A DNA stretch of 64,000 bases from a virus. The notes beneath the pieces are model-generated. The model did no database searches. It saw only the letters and a program-made list of their open reading frames with translations, and was not told the DNA's origin. The translations under genes were made by a program, and so were the position numbers. Positions 29,029-38,787 of the stretch are shown here, piece after piece; the stretch's first letter is position 1, and each line of letters begins with the position of its first letter. Where the stretch lies: positions 48,302-112,301 of IMG/VR virus record IMGVR_UViG_3300024289_000019; one strand, written 5' to 3'.

Positions 29029-29773
29029 TTACTTGCTCCATTCTATAATCAGGGACATGCTCGGAATCCAAGTATATCTTATGGGTCTGACATTCTTTGA
29101 CACAATCAAGGTCTGCCTCGCCTAAATAATTACAAGCAGAGCAAATTTGACCACAATCATTATCGCAATAATCTAATGTATCTTCTGCATCACAATCTCT
29201 ACATTTAGATTCATATTCAGAACCTTCTAATTGTTCACCACGAAGGAACTCGCATTCGCCACCCCAACCTGTCTCTTCTTCATAACTAAGAGTAAATAGG
29301 AGTGCTGGATATTGTGCTGATAATTTAGCAATGGCAGGAAACGGTGGAGACCAAGCAGTATTGAAATTATAATAAACTACAAGGTTCTCTCCATTTTCAG
29401 TAGGACCCTCCATATATGTTTCAGGATATTCATCATCTGAAGATACAGCGACATCCCATTTTGTGCCCCATTCACGAACATTGAATGAATACCAGTCATT
29501 TGTTTGGAATTTCATTTGCTCTTCAATAGGCAATTTATGGTCGGGTTGCTGAAGATACTCATACTCAGTAATACCTGCTTGTAAATGATTATAGATATTA
29601 TGAAAAGCAAATACAGGATTAGGATATGTAGTTTGTTTCTTTTGCATTTGTCCAGTTTCCATGTTCCATGAATCATGGACCTGTGCAAATGGCTTATTCA
29701 ATTGTGCTACTAATGTATTGACAAGTTGTGGATTTCCCTCTATGGTCAATCCGTTATATACCCAGTTCGGCAT
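29021..29773 (-). CDS. YubB/DUF1281-like ferredoxin-fold protein with Cys-rich tail
   Basis: MPNWVYN, WYSFNVREWGTKWD, FNTAWSPP. Confidence 0.75.
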   Translation of the reverse strand: MPNWVYNGLTIEGNPQLVNTLVAQLNKPFAQVHDSWNMETGQMQKKQTTYPNPVFAFHNIYNHLQAGITEYEYLQQPDHKLPIEEQMKFQTNDWYSFNVREWGTKWDVAVSSDDEYPETYMEGPTENGENLVVYYNFNTAWSPPFPAIAKLSAQYPALLFTLSYEEETGWGGECEFLRGEQLEGSEYESKCRDCDAEDTLDYCDNDCGQICSACNYLGEADLDCVKECQTHKIYLDSEHVPDYRMEQVNG

Positions 29774-29955
29774 ATATATTCCTTTCGTTCGGTTATTGGC
29801 ATAATTATAATGCCTACCACCGACATTTGTCTATATGATGTGGATCACATAAAATGACTAATAGGTTTATTTATCTTATATATTGAGAATTTCAGTGAAT
29901 ATAGTTGACAAACGTAAAAAGATCAATCTATCCTCCGCTTTTACGGGCAGCTATA

Positions 29956-30000
29956 AAAAAAGCGGGGGCCCCAACAGTCTCTCCCTCTGTTGGGCCCCCT
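29956..30000 (-). terminator. intrinsic terminator
   Basis: long GC-rich hairpin followed by T-tract on minus strand. Confidence 0.7.
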
Positions 30001-30087
30001 GTGTTTGGCTGCATCCACACTATGCATATTTAAAGACTGGGGCGAAAGGAACCCTGAAAGCCTCACCAAACGTTATTTATCATTATA

Positions 30088-30453
30088 TCATACTGAGGCA
30101 GGTTCAAGAGGTGGTACAGTTATACCAGCATGATAAGCGATAAACTCTTCCCATGAATGTCCTTCAACGGTTTTGCCAACCATATCAACATCCACGGTAA
30201 AATCCCAAGCAGCAAAATTGCTAGGTTTAGATACTGCGCCAATGCCATAACCAGTTTCGTCCAGGACCTCATGCTGAATCATATGACTAATAATCATACG
30301 AATGCAATATGGTGTGTCATTCCACCTTGGACGAGCATGTGCTAATGCTGTAGCAAGTTTAACTTGCCATTCATCTTCTCCCCAATGTGAATATAACCAA
30401 ACTGCAGGCTCATTTTCGCCTTCGTTAAAAATATAATTAATTCGTGCTCCCAC
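30088..30453 (-). CDS. hypothetical phage protein
   Basis: MGAR...LYSHWG motif. Confidence 0.7.
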   Translation of the reverse strand: MGARINYIFNEGENEPAVWLYSHWGEDEWQVKLATALAHARPRWNDTPYCIRMIISHMIQHEVLDETGYGIGAVSKPSNFAAWDFTVDVDMVGKTVEGHSWEEFIAYHAGITVPPLEPASV

Positions 30454-30643
30454 TGATTTCCGCCTTTTCTCTAGTGTCCTCTTCGATTTTGTCCAATTCT
30501 ACTACTTCATAGGACCATTTGTCAAGGCCCTCTTTGAACTCGTTGTAGTGGTGTCCACAGAAAAATAAATCTCCAGCTAAACCTTTAGCCTGATACATTG
30601 CTTTTGCTGTAACACATTTATCACAATTTAATCTTTCTGTCAT
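30437..30643 (-). CDS. small Zn-binding protein
   Basis: CDKC...LFFCGHH. Confidence 0.7.
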   Translation of the reverse strand: MTERLNCDKCVTAKAMYQAKGLAGDLFFCGHHYNEFKEGLDKWSYEVVELDKIEEDTREKAEISGSTN

Positions 30644-30788
30644 AGTTTTCCGCCTTCTATCATGTCTGATAATCTATCTAAGATCCAAGAGTCGATATCG
30701 TTGATGTCAATCTCACGTAATTTCTCCATGATTTCATCACGGGCATATTTGTAACCATCATCCCAACCGCTCTTATAATCTGACATAT

Positions 30789-31001
30789 TTATCTCCTTGT
30801 GTATCCAGTTTCTTCGTATTCTGATACATAAGTTTCTGTTAAATTAAACTTATCACGAATACGACTTACTTTCTCTATGCTACCAGTTCCAATGTTGAAT
30901 GTCAATGGTGGCATGAAATGTGGGTCCAGTCCAATTACTTGTGCCTCCCAATAGGCCATCTCTAAAGACAGCCTATCAGGAGCGGTAAGTTCAAAGTACA
31001 T
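30789..31001 (-). CDS. hypothetical protein
   Basis: coupled ORF. Confidence 0.65.
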   Translation of the reverse strand: MYFELTAPDRLSLEMAYWEAQVIGLDPHFMPPLTFNIGTGSIEKVSRIRDKFNLTETYVSEYEETGYTRR

Positions 31002-31651
31002 TACCAGCGCACATCCGCATCTTCAACATCAAATGATTGAACAACAACATCTCCGTTGTATGCATCAAGAGTTAAAGTATCTTGTAAGAAGTAACGTGCA
31101 TCAAAATCTTCTACGTCCTCCATTGGAATATCGTATTCAACCTCAAATGACATGCTTCCAGTAATACGAACTGTTTGCTTTGGTTCATGACCAAGAATTT
31201 CGCAAAGGTCTCTAAGGACATCTTCCTTTTCAACGTTTGGGTTGTACCAGCCATCAGTATCTAGATTATTAATAATACGACGTATTTGGTCGTTACTAAT
31301 AGTTAGTTGTTTTTCAAGGCGGACCAAGGAATCTAATTTACCTTCTAGGTCCACAGTCTTGATACTTGGGTAAGTTATATCATAACCATTAATAGACTTA
31401 TATGTTGTAAGTGCATTAGGGTTATAGGTCTCAGGGACCGTTGATGTTTCTTGCATTTCTTTCCTTTCGTTAATTGGTGTAATTGTAGCAGGCTCCACCG
31501 ACAAAAGGTTGGGCCTACGTCCACATGGACATGTGACATTCATCACACTTCCAGATGGGAATCCGAATTTATCTGATGATGTTACTTCAATTAAAGTATC
31601 ACATTCATCAGGATCGCATGCATATGTATTTTTAGTCCAGGTTTCTGACAT
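31001..31651 (-). CDS. hypothetical protein with internal promoter, RBS and second start at 31456
   Basis: N-terminal Zn ribbon in frame; AACGAAAGGAAAGAAATG inside the ORF. Confidence 0.65.
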   Translation of the reverse strand: MSETWTKNTYACDPDECDTLIEVTSSDKFGFPSGSVMNVTCPCGRRPNLLSVEPATITPINERKEMQETSTVPETYNPNALTTYKSINGYDITYPSIKTVDLEGKLDSLVRLEKQLTISNDQIRRIINNLDTDGWYNPNVEKEDVLRDLCEILGHEPKQTVRITGSMSFEVEYDIPMEDVEDFDARYFLQDTLTLDAYNGDVVVQSFDVEDADVRW

Positions 31652-31869
31652 TAGACATCCGCCATTTGCTTGTGGTATGCTTTGAGGTCCATAACATTAA
31701 TGTTAAGTTCCTCTTCAGGGTACTCATTAATCAAGAAGTTTAATGCTTCTCCTGCTGACTTAAAGTCAGTATAATTAGTTGAATAACCATATCCATATAT
31801 GGTTGCTTCCCAGCAGTCTACCCCTCCAGGAGAGACAGAATATTCCATTTCATATATCTGTGCGTTTAT
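31651..31869 (-). CDS. hypothetical protein (start approximate)
   Basis: start must lie downstream of the promoter at 31880-31903. Confidence 0.55.
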   Translation of the reverse strand: MNAQIYEMEYSVSPGGVDCWEATIYGYGYSTNYTDFKSAGEALNFLINEYPEEELNINVMDLKAYHKQMADV

Positions 31870-32021
31870 CATGGCCCAAATTATACACGAGACGACTGAC
31901 ATTTACAAGCATTTCCAGGGATTTTTTCTAGATTCCCGTATTATCTACATCACATCCGTAAAAGCTCTGGGCGATCCTTAGTATATTGCGGGCGTCTCAT
32001 TATGTGAAACATTTTATCTTG

Positions 32022-32096
32022 CGATGCGTACGGGATTTGAACCCGTGATCTCCACAGTGACAGTGTGGTGAAATAACCAAGCTATTCTAACGCACC
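32022..32096 (-). tRNA. tRNA-Asp(GTC)
   Basis: minus strand GGTGCGT/ACGCATC acceptor, arm CCACA-CTGTCAC-TGTGG, T loop TTCAAAT. Confidence 0.9.
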
Positions 32097-32141
32097 AAAT
32101 AAAAACGGGGGAGATTTATCTCCCCCGCTAGTTTATCATTC

Positions 32142-33146
32142 TTAGAATGATTTTACTAACTTGAGAAGTTTATTTTTCTCAGCAGTAAGAATTGGGTCAA
32201 AGCCACTCGCACCCGCCATTAGCGTTTCAGAATTGCCACGACCAGAACGGAAATAATCAAGGCGTTCAGTAAGCGCATTGAAAGCACCCCATTTTGTTCC
32301 CTTGATATTAGCGTTAGTTGGTGAGTTATGATAAAGTTCATCAATCAAGATAACTTTATTTTCCCACTTTTTCAAAGCACCCTTAGCGTCTTTTTCAGGC
32401 TTAGGATAAATTGTGCGAATTAGTTTAGAGAATTCGGCATCAGTAATTTCCTGCTTGAAAAGTTCCTGCGCTTCTTTCTCGAATTCATCAAAGTATCCAA
32501 GAGCAAGACCCAAAGTTTCACGAGCAACTTGAATTCTGCCTTCGACAGATTGAGTATGGCGAATTTTGAATGATTGCTTAGCATTACGCATAGCAAGATT
32601 CAAAGTGTTTTGGCATACAACACGAACAGGTGTAATTGCTGCCTGAACAGCAACAGAACCATCATGTGAAGTCCATACGATTAGATAAAGTTTTGTTTGG
32701 TCATTAGCACCTTGTGGGTCTAACACCATAGTTCTAGGAACATCAACAGTTCCGAAAACTACTTTACCATTTTTGAGAGAACCAGCAGATTCCCAGCGAC
32801 ACTCAGGGTTAGCATCATGAATGTTATCTGCGAAAGCAAATAATTCTTCATTCTGAACAGGCTTGTATCGCTTACCAACAGTAGCGAGAACATCAGTTCC
32901 ACCATTGAATGGATTTGTGCGAATAACTAACTGAGCGTTAGATACATCATTCCAAGATTCTGAAATGTGGTCGGTCAATGGAGATAAGCGAACATTCCAA
33001 TTAGAAAGTTTTGCTTCATCGAGCATTGTTTGAGTAGTTACATTTTCATCTTGATTGAAAATGCGATTAGCGAGATTGTGCCATGCGGGTTTTCCACGCA
33101 AAGCAAAGGCAACTTCGTTGCCATTTGTTTCTAGGTTATGAGCCAT
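32142..33146 (-). CDS. DUF932 family (phage/plasmid-like) protein
   Basis: MAH..., PAWH, Y.PVQNEE.F, SHDGS, TPVRVVCQNTL, GTKWGAFNALTE. Confidence 0.88.
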   Translation of the reverse strand: MAHNLETNGNEVAFALRGKPAWHNLANRIFNQDENVTTQTMLDEAKLSNWNVRLSPLTDHISESWNDVSNAQLVIRTNPFNGGTDVLATVGKRYKPVQNEELFAFADNIHDANPECRWESAGSLKNGKVVFGTVDVPRTMVLDPQGANDQTKLYLIVWTSHDGSVAVQAAITPVRVVCQNTLNLAMRNAKQSFKIRHTQSVEGRIQVARETLGLALGYFDEFEKEAQELFKQEITDAEFSKLIRTIYPKPEKDAKGALKKWENKVILIDELYHNSPTNANIKGTKWGAFNALTERLDYFRSGRGNSETLMAGASGFDPILTAEKNKLLKLVKSF

Positions 33147-33385
33147 AGATTTTTCCTTTCATTAGTTAGATTGAGCCTAAGTATAACAGACCCCACCGAC
33201 ATTGTAAATAGTTAGATAGACATTGTGGGCAAATCGGACATGTGATCAATATCATAAATTCCTGTGGTTATCCACAGTTTGCCGTAACGCTGTGGATAAC
33301 CCCGCAAGTTGTTGCGGGCCACAAGATCGGGGAAGCTGGGGCGGGAATCTAGATGATTACACAGTTCAAACCCGCCCCAAGATTA

Positions 33386-33568
33386 TTACTTACCGACTTT
33401 TACCATAGCATAACGCAAACCGCTGCCAGTATCTAATCTTAATTTAGTTAGATTAGGTCTGATAGAAATTATTTCGCTAATAGTGCCAGTAATTCCTGAT
33501 TTACCAGTTGTAAAAACATCGCCTTTGCGATAGAAGCGACCTTTCTTGGTATCTAGAATTGGTGACAT
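33386..33568 (-). CDS. small beta-barrel-like protein, paralogue of 34140-34319
   Basis: Y.kGD.FTT.KS..TG.I.EI shared. Confidence 0.7.
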   Translation of the reverse strand: MSPILDTKKGRFYRKGDVFTTGKSGITGTISEIISIRPNLTKLRLDTGSGLRYAMVKVGK

Positions 33569-33633
33569 TTTATTTCCTTTCGTTTGTTGGTTGGTGAGTA
33601 GTTTATAGTCATACTCAGGACTTTGTTCGTTAT

Positions 33634-34056
33634 TTATAGATAACGAGCAATAGCGTTGTAAGTAGAAGTAGAAACTACTTCCTCATCGGTCATCTTGAGA
33701 ATACGAATAGCGTTCTCAATCTCCTCTACCATTTCGTTATACTGCCAATCGTGGAAAGTCTGAAAGTCTTTCTTTGGTTCAGCAGGTAGTTCAATAGCAT
33801 TAGCAGGAAGGTAGAAATCTACATTTATCCTTCCGTCATAACGCTTGTTAGCAGACAAGTTTTCTGCCTTAGAGATAGCAGTTAGAGCAAGTTTAGCGAC
33901 TTCCTTGTTCCACTTCTCTTGGGCTTTCTCAAACTTAGCCTCGTTAGTTGCTTGGTTCTCTCTATCCTTTTGGAGTTGAGCGAGTTTTGTTTCTAAGGCT
34001 TTGATAACCTTAGTTGTAGCGATTTTTACATTTATCGCTTTTCCGTTTCTTGCCAT
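33634..34056 (-). CDS. hypothetical protein
   Basis: CGAAAGGA RBS, own promoter. Confidence 0.75.
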   Translation of the reverse strand: MARNGKAINVKIATTKVIKALETKLAQLQKDRENQATNEAKFEKAQEKWNKEVAKLALTAISKAENLSANKRYDGRINVDFYLPANAIELPAEPKKDFQTFHDWQYNEMVEEIENAIRILKMTDEEVVSTSTYNAIARYL

Positions 34057-34139
34057 TTATTTATTTTCCTTTCGTTGTTTGTTTGGGAGTTTATTATAGC
34101 AGGGACTACCGACATTTTCGGTAATCCCTGCTTGTCTAT

Positions 34140-34319
34140 TTAGTTAGATAGACTTTCCGCTGAGATGGTTGTCCAGCGAGTTTCTTTTGTTGGTAGTTCC
34201 AACAAAACACGCACCGAGCCAGATGCGTTAGGCACAATCTCTTTGATTACGCCTGTTTTCTTTGACTTTAGGGTGGTGAATAAATCGCCAACCTTGTAAG
34301 TATAACCATTTATGGTCAT
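34140..34319 (-). CDS. small beta-barrel-like protein (59 aa, not in ORF track)
   Basis: MTINGYTYKVGDLFTTLKSKKTGVIKEI...; GAAAGGA RBS. Confidence 0.7.
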   Translation of the reverse strand: MTINGYTYKVGDLFTTLKSKKTGVIKEIVPNASGSVRVLLELPTKETRWTTISAESLSN

Positions 34320-34397
34320 TTTGCTTCCTTTCTGTTAGTAGTTGGGTTGTATTTTAGCATACCCCACCGACAATCGGCAAGGTATAGCGGTGTGAGA

Positions 34398-34664
34398 TTA
34401 GTCACACCAAGCCTCTAGGTGGTGCTGTTCGATAATAGCCCATGCGGGTGCGGTATCTCTGCCTTTATAGGATACGCCTTCGGGCATTGGTATCTCACGA
34501 TCAGTTTCGCCCTCATCATAAGCAAAAATAGCCTCAATACAAGGTTCTACCATGCTAGTAGGAACGGGCGGGTAATGATTAGCAGTTAGATGAATTGAGA
34601 TAGCAGTAGATAAATCTAATCCTAAATCATAGTCAGCTAAATCGTGTGCGAAATTACTTCCCAT
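34398..34664 (-). CDS. hypothetical phage protein
   Basis: HLTANHYPPVP...IIEQHHLEAW. Confidence 0.75.
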   Translation of the reverse strand: MGSNFAHDLADYDLGLDLSTAISIHLTANHYPPVPTSMVEPCIEAIFAYDEGETDREIPMPEGVSYKGRDTAPAWAIIEQHHLEAWCD

Positions 34665-34935
34665 TATTTTCCTCCAATACTGAGTTTTTCATTTGTTCCA
34701 TTTCGTCAATAGTTTCGATTAGTTCCCTGAATTGTGTTTCAGTTAGTAATACTTTAGTAATTTTATCAGTTGTAGCAGAAGCAATAGCAGTAGCATACAT
34801 AAACATAGCCCTAGCGAATTGTTCTTGGTCTAAGTCATGGCGAGAATGGACAATAAAAGAAGCGAGTTCCATTTGTTCATCGCCAATAATTCCCTCTTGA
34901 GTAGCCTCAAGTAGAGCAGAAGCAGTAGATAACAT
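34654..34935 (-). CDS. hypothetical protein
   Basis: CGAAAGGA RBS, own promoter. Confidence 0.7.
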   Translation of the reverse strand: MLSTASALLEATQEGIIGDEQMELASFIVHSRHDLDQEQFARAMFMYATAIASATTDKITKVLLTETQFRELIETIDEMEQMKNSVLEENNGK

Positions 34936-34990
34936 TTATTTCCTTTCGTTGTGGTAGTGGGCTAGATTATACACTAGCCCACCGACATTA

Positions 34991-35245
34991 TTAGGCTAGG
35001 GCTAAGATAGCCTGAGAAGCACCGTCATTTACACGGGCGAGTTCTGCCTCTAACTCATTACGAGTAAATTTGGCAGGATTACCGATAAGTTCTGATACCA
35101 TGCGAGAATTTTCCTCAACAAAGATACCTGCGGGCAGGCGCTTTACTGCTGAATAGAAAGAGCCTTGTGGGTCAAGCATAGAAACAAATTCTACGCCTGC
35201 AACGGAGAATGGGTACTTTACCCAGTTAGTTGTATCTAAAGACAT
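34991..35245 (-). CDS. hypothetical protein
   Basis: CGAAAGGA RBS, own promoter. Confidence 0.7.
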   Translation of the reverse strand: MSLDTTNWVKYPFSVAGVEFVSMLDPQGSFYSAVKRLPAGIFVEENSRMVSELIGNPAKFTRNELEAELARVNDGASQAILALA

Positions 35246-35504
35246 TTATTTTCCTTTCGTTTGTCGTTAGACTAGGAATTATACACGAAGCCTGCGACAT
35301 TTTACATTTGAGTATCGGCGTGTCGGGCATTTGTGAGATTTCTCACAAAATCCCGTGATTATCCACAGGCCCACTTAAACATGTGGAAAACCCCGCACAT
35401 ACTGCGGGCCTTTTATATTTTAAAAAATAAATATAAAAATAAAAGTAACGGAGAAATTAAAAAACCGATAAAGATCAACGTTGTCAGAGCTGCAAAAAAT
35501 TCTA

Positions 35505-36227
35505 TCATTTTTTACTCGCAGAAAATCTAACATCCGCTTTACCGTACACACATAAGCCGCATGATACGCATGCGCTGCCATTGGTGGAGATAAGTGGAAT
35601 TTGTTTATTATTTTCAGGACATTTTGCACCAGGCTTACCAATTAATTCTTTCATAGTATTTTCGGTGACTGCAAAAGTTTTACCTAGATACGCTAATTTA
35701 ATTCCAGAATTATTTTTGCGTAAGTCATGAGCAATTTCTTTATTCTCATCATCGGTAGAAAAATAAAGAGAGAGGTTAGAAATATCCTTAAGGATAAGCG
35801 CTGCAGACTTTACACGAGTATATACCCAAAATTGCACATCGGGATTATTTTGGATAACCGCTTTCCACGCATATGCATAGGTATCATTAAAGAAATCGCC
35901 ATCCCAGTGTATACGGAATAACTTTTCTGCATTACGCTTTTCACAATCTGCAACAAAATCAGCAATCATATCGCTAAGCAATAGAGACATGGTATCCATA
36001 TCTGCATTGCGTAGCAATTCCCAGTTATGCAGAAGAGTATTCTTTACTCCTTTGTATACTCTTTCAAGTTTTCCTGCATAGCAAACGCTTTCACAAACAC
36101 TAGTGGCACCAGGACACGAGAAATCTTTTCCAGCAGGTAATCCAAAAGTGTTAGCGATTGTTGGGGTTTTTCCATTTTTTGAGACAGCATTAGCGACCTT
36201 CCTATCATTAGACCTTTTTAGTTTCAT
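35505..36227 (-). CDS. Gp88-like (radical-SAM-related) protein
   Basis: FGLPAG..SCPGATSVCESVCYA, FRIHWDGDFF, FWVYTR, CVSCGLC. Confidence 0.75.
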   Translation of the reverse strand: MKLKRSNDRKVANAVSKNGKTPTIANTFGLPAGKDFSCPGATSVCESVCYAGKLERVYKGVKNTLLHNWELLRNADMDTMSLLLSDMIADFVADCEKRNAEKLFRIHWDGDFFNDTYAYAWKAVIQNNPDVQFWVYTRVKSAALILKDISNLSLYFSTDDENKEIAHDLRKNNSGIKLAYLGKTFAVTENTMKELIGKPGAKCPENNKQIPLISTNGSACVSCGLCVYGKADVRFSASKK

Positions 36228-36275
36228 TATACACCTTTCGTTATGGGCCCTATTGTAGCAGGGCCCACCGACATT

Positions 36276-36773
36276 TTACCAAGAGGACTGATAGTAGTAG
36301 GATAAATCCTTATACTCATCATTTTCTACTAGTGGGGCTATCTGCTTGATAGTGTCCTTGATATCAGACCAATAGTATTCATCGATATCATATGAGCCGA
36401 AAAAGAAACCAGCAGACGGCATTAGTTCGCTAGGGTCTTTCTTGAATAAGGCTTGACGGCAGGTAGTAAGTAATTCTTTTAGTTTATCACGAGATACATA
36501 GTATTCACCGCAATTATCTTCACCGCCTTGTACATTATCGACAAACCATTTGTGTATCTGATTAGCCTTACGCCAATACGCCACATTTACGCTAACATCT
36601 ACGCCATAGATACTTTCAGTATCTACAAGAGTATCAACACCAGCAGCATTTACTACATCATTCCATTGTGGATAAGTTGCAGCAGAGTATTTAGTGTCTA
36701 AATCTCTATCTAATTTAGACCAGTCAATTTTAGCAATATGCTTACGAGCAGAGAGGTACATATCTAAACCCAT
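36276..36773 (-). CDS. conserved phage hypothetical protein
   Basis: MGLDMYL...YWRKANQIHKWF...GFFFGS...YQSSW. Confidence 0.8.
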   Translation of the reverse strand: MGLDMYLSARKHIAKIDWSKLDRDLDTKYSAATYPQWNDVVNAAGVDTLVDTESIYGVDVSVNVAYWRKANQIHKWFVDNVQGGEDNCGEYYVSRDKLKELLTTCRQALFKKDPSELMPSAGFFFGSYDIDEYYWSDIKDTIKQIAPLVENDEYKDLSYYYQSSW

Positions 36774-36924
36774 TATTTTATTCCTTTCGTTAGGTTAGGC
36801 TGCTATTATAGCGGAAGCCACCGACAAATTCCACGACACGCCGAAAAAATTCCTGTGAAAAAAATCACATCTACTTAACGACACGCCCGACCCCGCAAGA
36901 TCTGCGGGCTTGTTGAAATTTCAA

Positions 36925-37071
36925 CTAATCCCAATTAGTTTTCAAACCAGCTGCGGTTTTTTTATGTTTTGTTTTTCTTGAATAAATTTTTTTAGATTTT
37001 ATTGGCGTTGCGGCATTTGACCTCCGCAATTCCAAAATTCTTTTTATTCTTTCTTTATTTGGTAATTTCAT
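36925..37071 (-). CDS. very basic 48-aa peptide (not in ORF track)
   Basis: ELRRSNAATPIKSKKIYSRKTKHKK; ATGA coupling. Confidence 0.6.
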   Translation of the reverse strand: MKLPNKERIKRILELRRSNAATPIKSKKIYSRKTKHKKTAAGLKTNWD

Positions 37072-37259
37072 TTTGTTCCTAACTTTGGTAATTTGTAATT
37101 TGAAGCGTCATAGAATTTATTTGCGTCAAATCTTGGATTATCTTTCGCAAACATTTCCGCAAAATCTATAACCATTTTTGAAAAAACGGCTGGGTGAGTT
37201 TTATCGCTAACATAGTTTAGAATTTTAGCGGTTTCAACATAGTGTTTTTTAGATGTCAT
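37068..37259 (-). CDS. hypothetical protein
   Basis: DNPRFD..KF motif; coupled. Confidence 0.7.
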   Translation of the reverse strand: MTSKKHYVETAKILNYVSDKTHPAVFSKMVIDFAEMFAKDNPRFDANKFYDASNYKLPKLGTK

Positions 37260-37462
37260 TTTTCCACGACCCTTCTGCCTTCACGATAAAAGATTTTGGT
37301 ATAGCATTTTCCGCTAGGTGTGTAGAGATTTACAGTTGAGTAATCCATAGCAAATCCCCAATCCACATAACTAGCAAAACTCTTGTGAGCCTCTAGTTCA
37401 TCAGCGATTTGTTGTGTGAAGTGTGGAGAATTTTCATCATAAGCAACAGTTATTTTATACAT
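37256..37462 (-). CDS. hypothetical protein
   Basis: coupled ORF. Confidence 0.65.
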   Translation of the reverse strand: MYKITVAYDENSPHFTQQIADELEAHKSFASYVDWGFAMDYSTVNLYTPSGKCYTKIFYREGRRVVEK

Positions 37463-37683
37463 TAGTTAGCCTCCTGAGTAGCAAAAATTGAAAGTTCATT
37501 TTCGGAAAGCAATCCGTTATCCCAAATCACATCTCCGTCATTATCTAAAATAAGTTCATAGGGATTACACTCGCAAGTTTCATAGTCAAAATAATCCTCG
37601 CCATTTCCCCAATAAATAGCACCCATACCACGACAGGCATCACAATTTTTTATTGCTCTTAGAGCAGTTTCAAGTTTATCCAT
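37462..37683 (-). CDS. Zn-binding hypothetical protein
   Basis: CDACRG...CECNP. Confidence 0.65.
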   Translation of the reverse strand: MDKLETALRAIKNCDACRGMGAIYWGNGEDYFDYETCECNPYELILDNDGDVIWDNGLLSENELSIFATQEAN

Positions 37684-37843
37684 TTTCTTTTTCCTTTCTT
37701 TCTTGAATTGTAGCAGTTAGCACCGACAACGCTTCCGCCTTAGAGGCTTCACGCTGGGCGTTGATAAAGTTTCTGAATTCGATCAAATCCATTTTAGTTT
37801 TCCTTTCGTTTATTGGTTAGATTATAGCGGAAGCCACCGACAT

Positions 37844-38056
37844 TTAGTCGGGAAGCCTAACCGCAACAGTAGCCCACTCATCTTTGAGCGAACCCGTAGG
37901 GCGGTAGCGAATTGAATAGGCTTCGTAGCCCTCAGATAAATAGACATCATCTCGCTTTTCCGCAAAGTTGATAATTCCGCCATTGTATCTCCTACGCATA
38001 GAAGTAGGCGCATAGTATTGGTCAATTAGTAAATCAACAATAGAATATGAACGCAT
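37844..38056 (-). CDS. hypothetical protein, paralogue of 39709-39903
   Basis: YSI.(D/N)LL...AEK...EAY...VAV shared. Confidence 0.7.
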   Translation of the reverse strand: MRSYSIVDLLIDQYYAPTSMRRRYNGGIINFAEKRDDVYLSEGYEAYSIRYRPTGSLKDEWATVAVRLPD

Positions 38057-38580
38057 TATCCTAGTATCCTTTCTCCATAGTAATTCTCAAAATCAGCAAT
38101 AGTCATCAGACCTTTATACTCATTACAAAATCCGCAGAATTTAGTATCCGCAGAGTATTCAGTTTCGCAGAAGCAACAAATTAGTTTCATTTAGTTATCC
38201 TTTCTAACTTTCTTGGCGAAAGTTTATCAGAAAGCACCGACATTTTCAAATCCAAATCGTAATTTCTCAAATAGTAAGACGGCGTGTCGTGTGATAAAAA
38301 TCACAAATTTTTTTTGTGATAAATCTCACAAAATTCCCGTGATTTTTAAAATTGGACATAAAAGACAAATCGCCCCCACACTACGTACGGGCGTGATCGA
38401 GCTTTGTCAAGACGACACGCCGCTTAGGCGGTGTGAGTTGCCTCACATTCCGCAGAGCATTCGGCGGGAAGGCTAAAGAGATACTTTAGCAGAGCCTTAC
38501 GCTCAGACATAGATATTTCAGGGTGATATTGTTTTACACCACCATGTTGATATTCAAAGATGATTTTATCTAAAGTTTTT

Positions 38581-38787
38581 TTAGTTAGCATTTACTTTAT
38601 TCCTTTCTAAATCTTTATGTGCGTAGTAGCAACGCATTTCGTGAAGTCTAATCCACTTTGAGATTTGAAATCTTGAACAGATGTAGCATTTATGCCACTT
38701 TTGTTTTAGCCAAATTTTATTGTTATCTGAATTGTATAAATCCAACATTGTGTGTTGTTTTTCGCATTTACATTTTTTGTTAGTCAT
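38581..38787 (-). CDS. Cys/His-rich hypothetical protein
   Basis: GAAAGG RBS, promoter at 38824-38845. Confidence 0.55.
   Translation of the reverse strand: MTNKKCKCEKQHTMLDLYNSDNNKIWLKQKWHKCYICSRFQISKWIRLHEMRCYYAHKDLERNKVNAN

Noticed and set aside
29956-30072. Hammerhead ribozyme or glutamine riboswitch
   Set aside because: No CTGANGA/GAAA core in the right arrangement; the GAAGGAAC match lacks the rest of the glnA motif.
37822-38025. Alternative-frame and plus-strand ORFs in the island (also 29883-30143, 33223-33408, 35333-35530, 38213-38476)
   Set aside because: They run through promoter and operator blocks or overlap better-supported genes, and lack an RBS.
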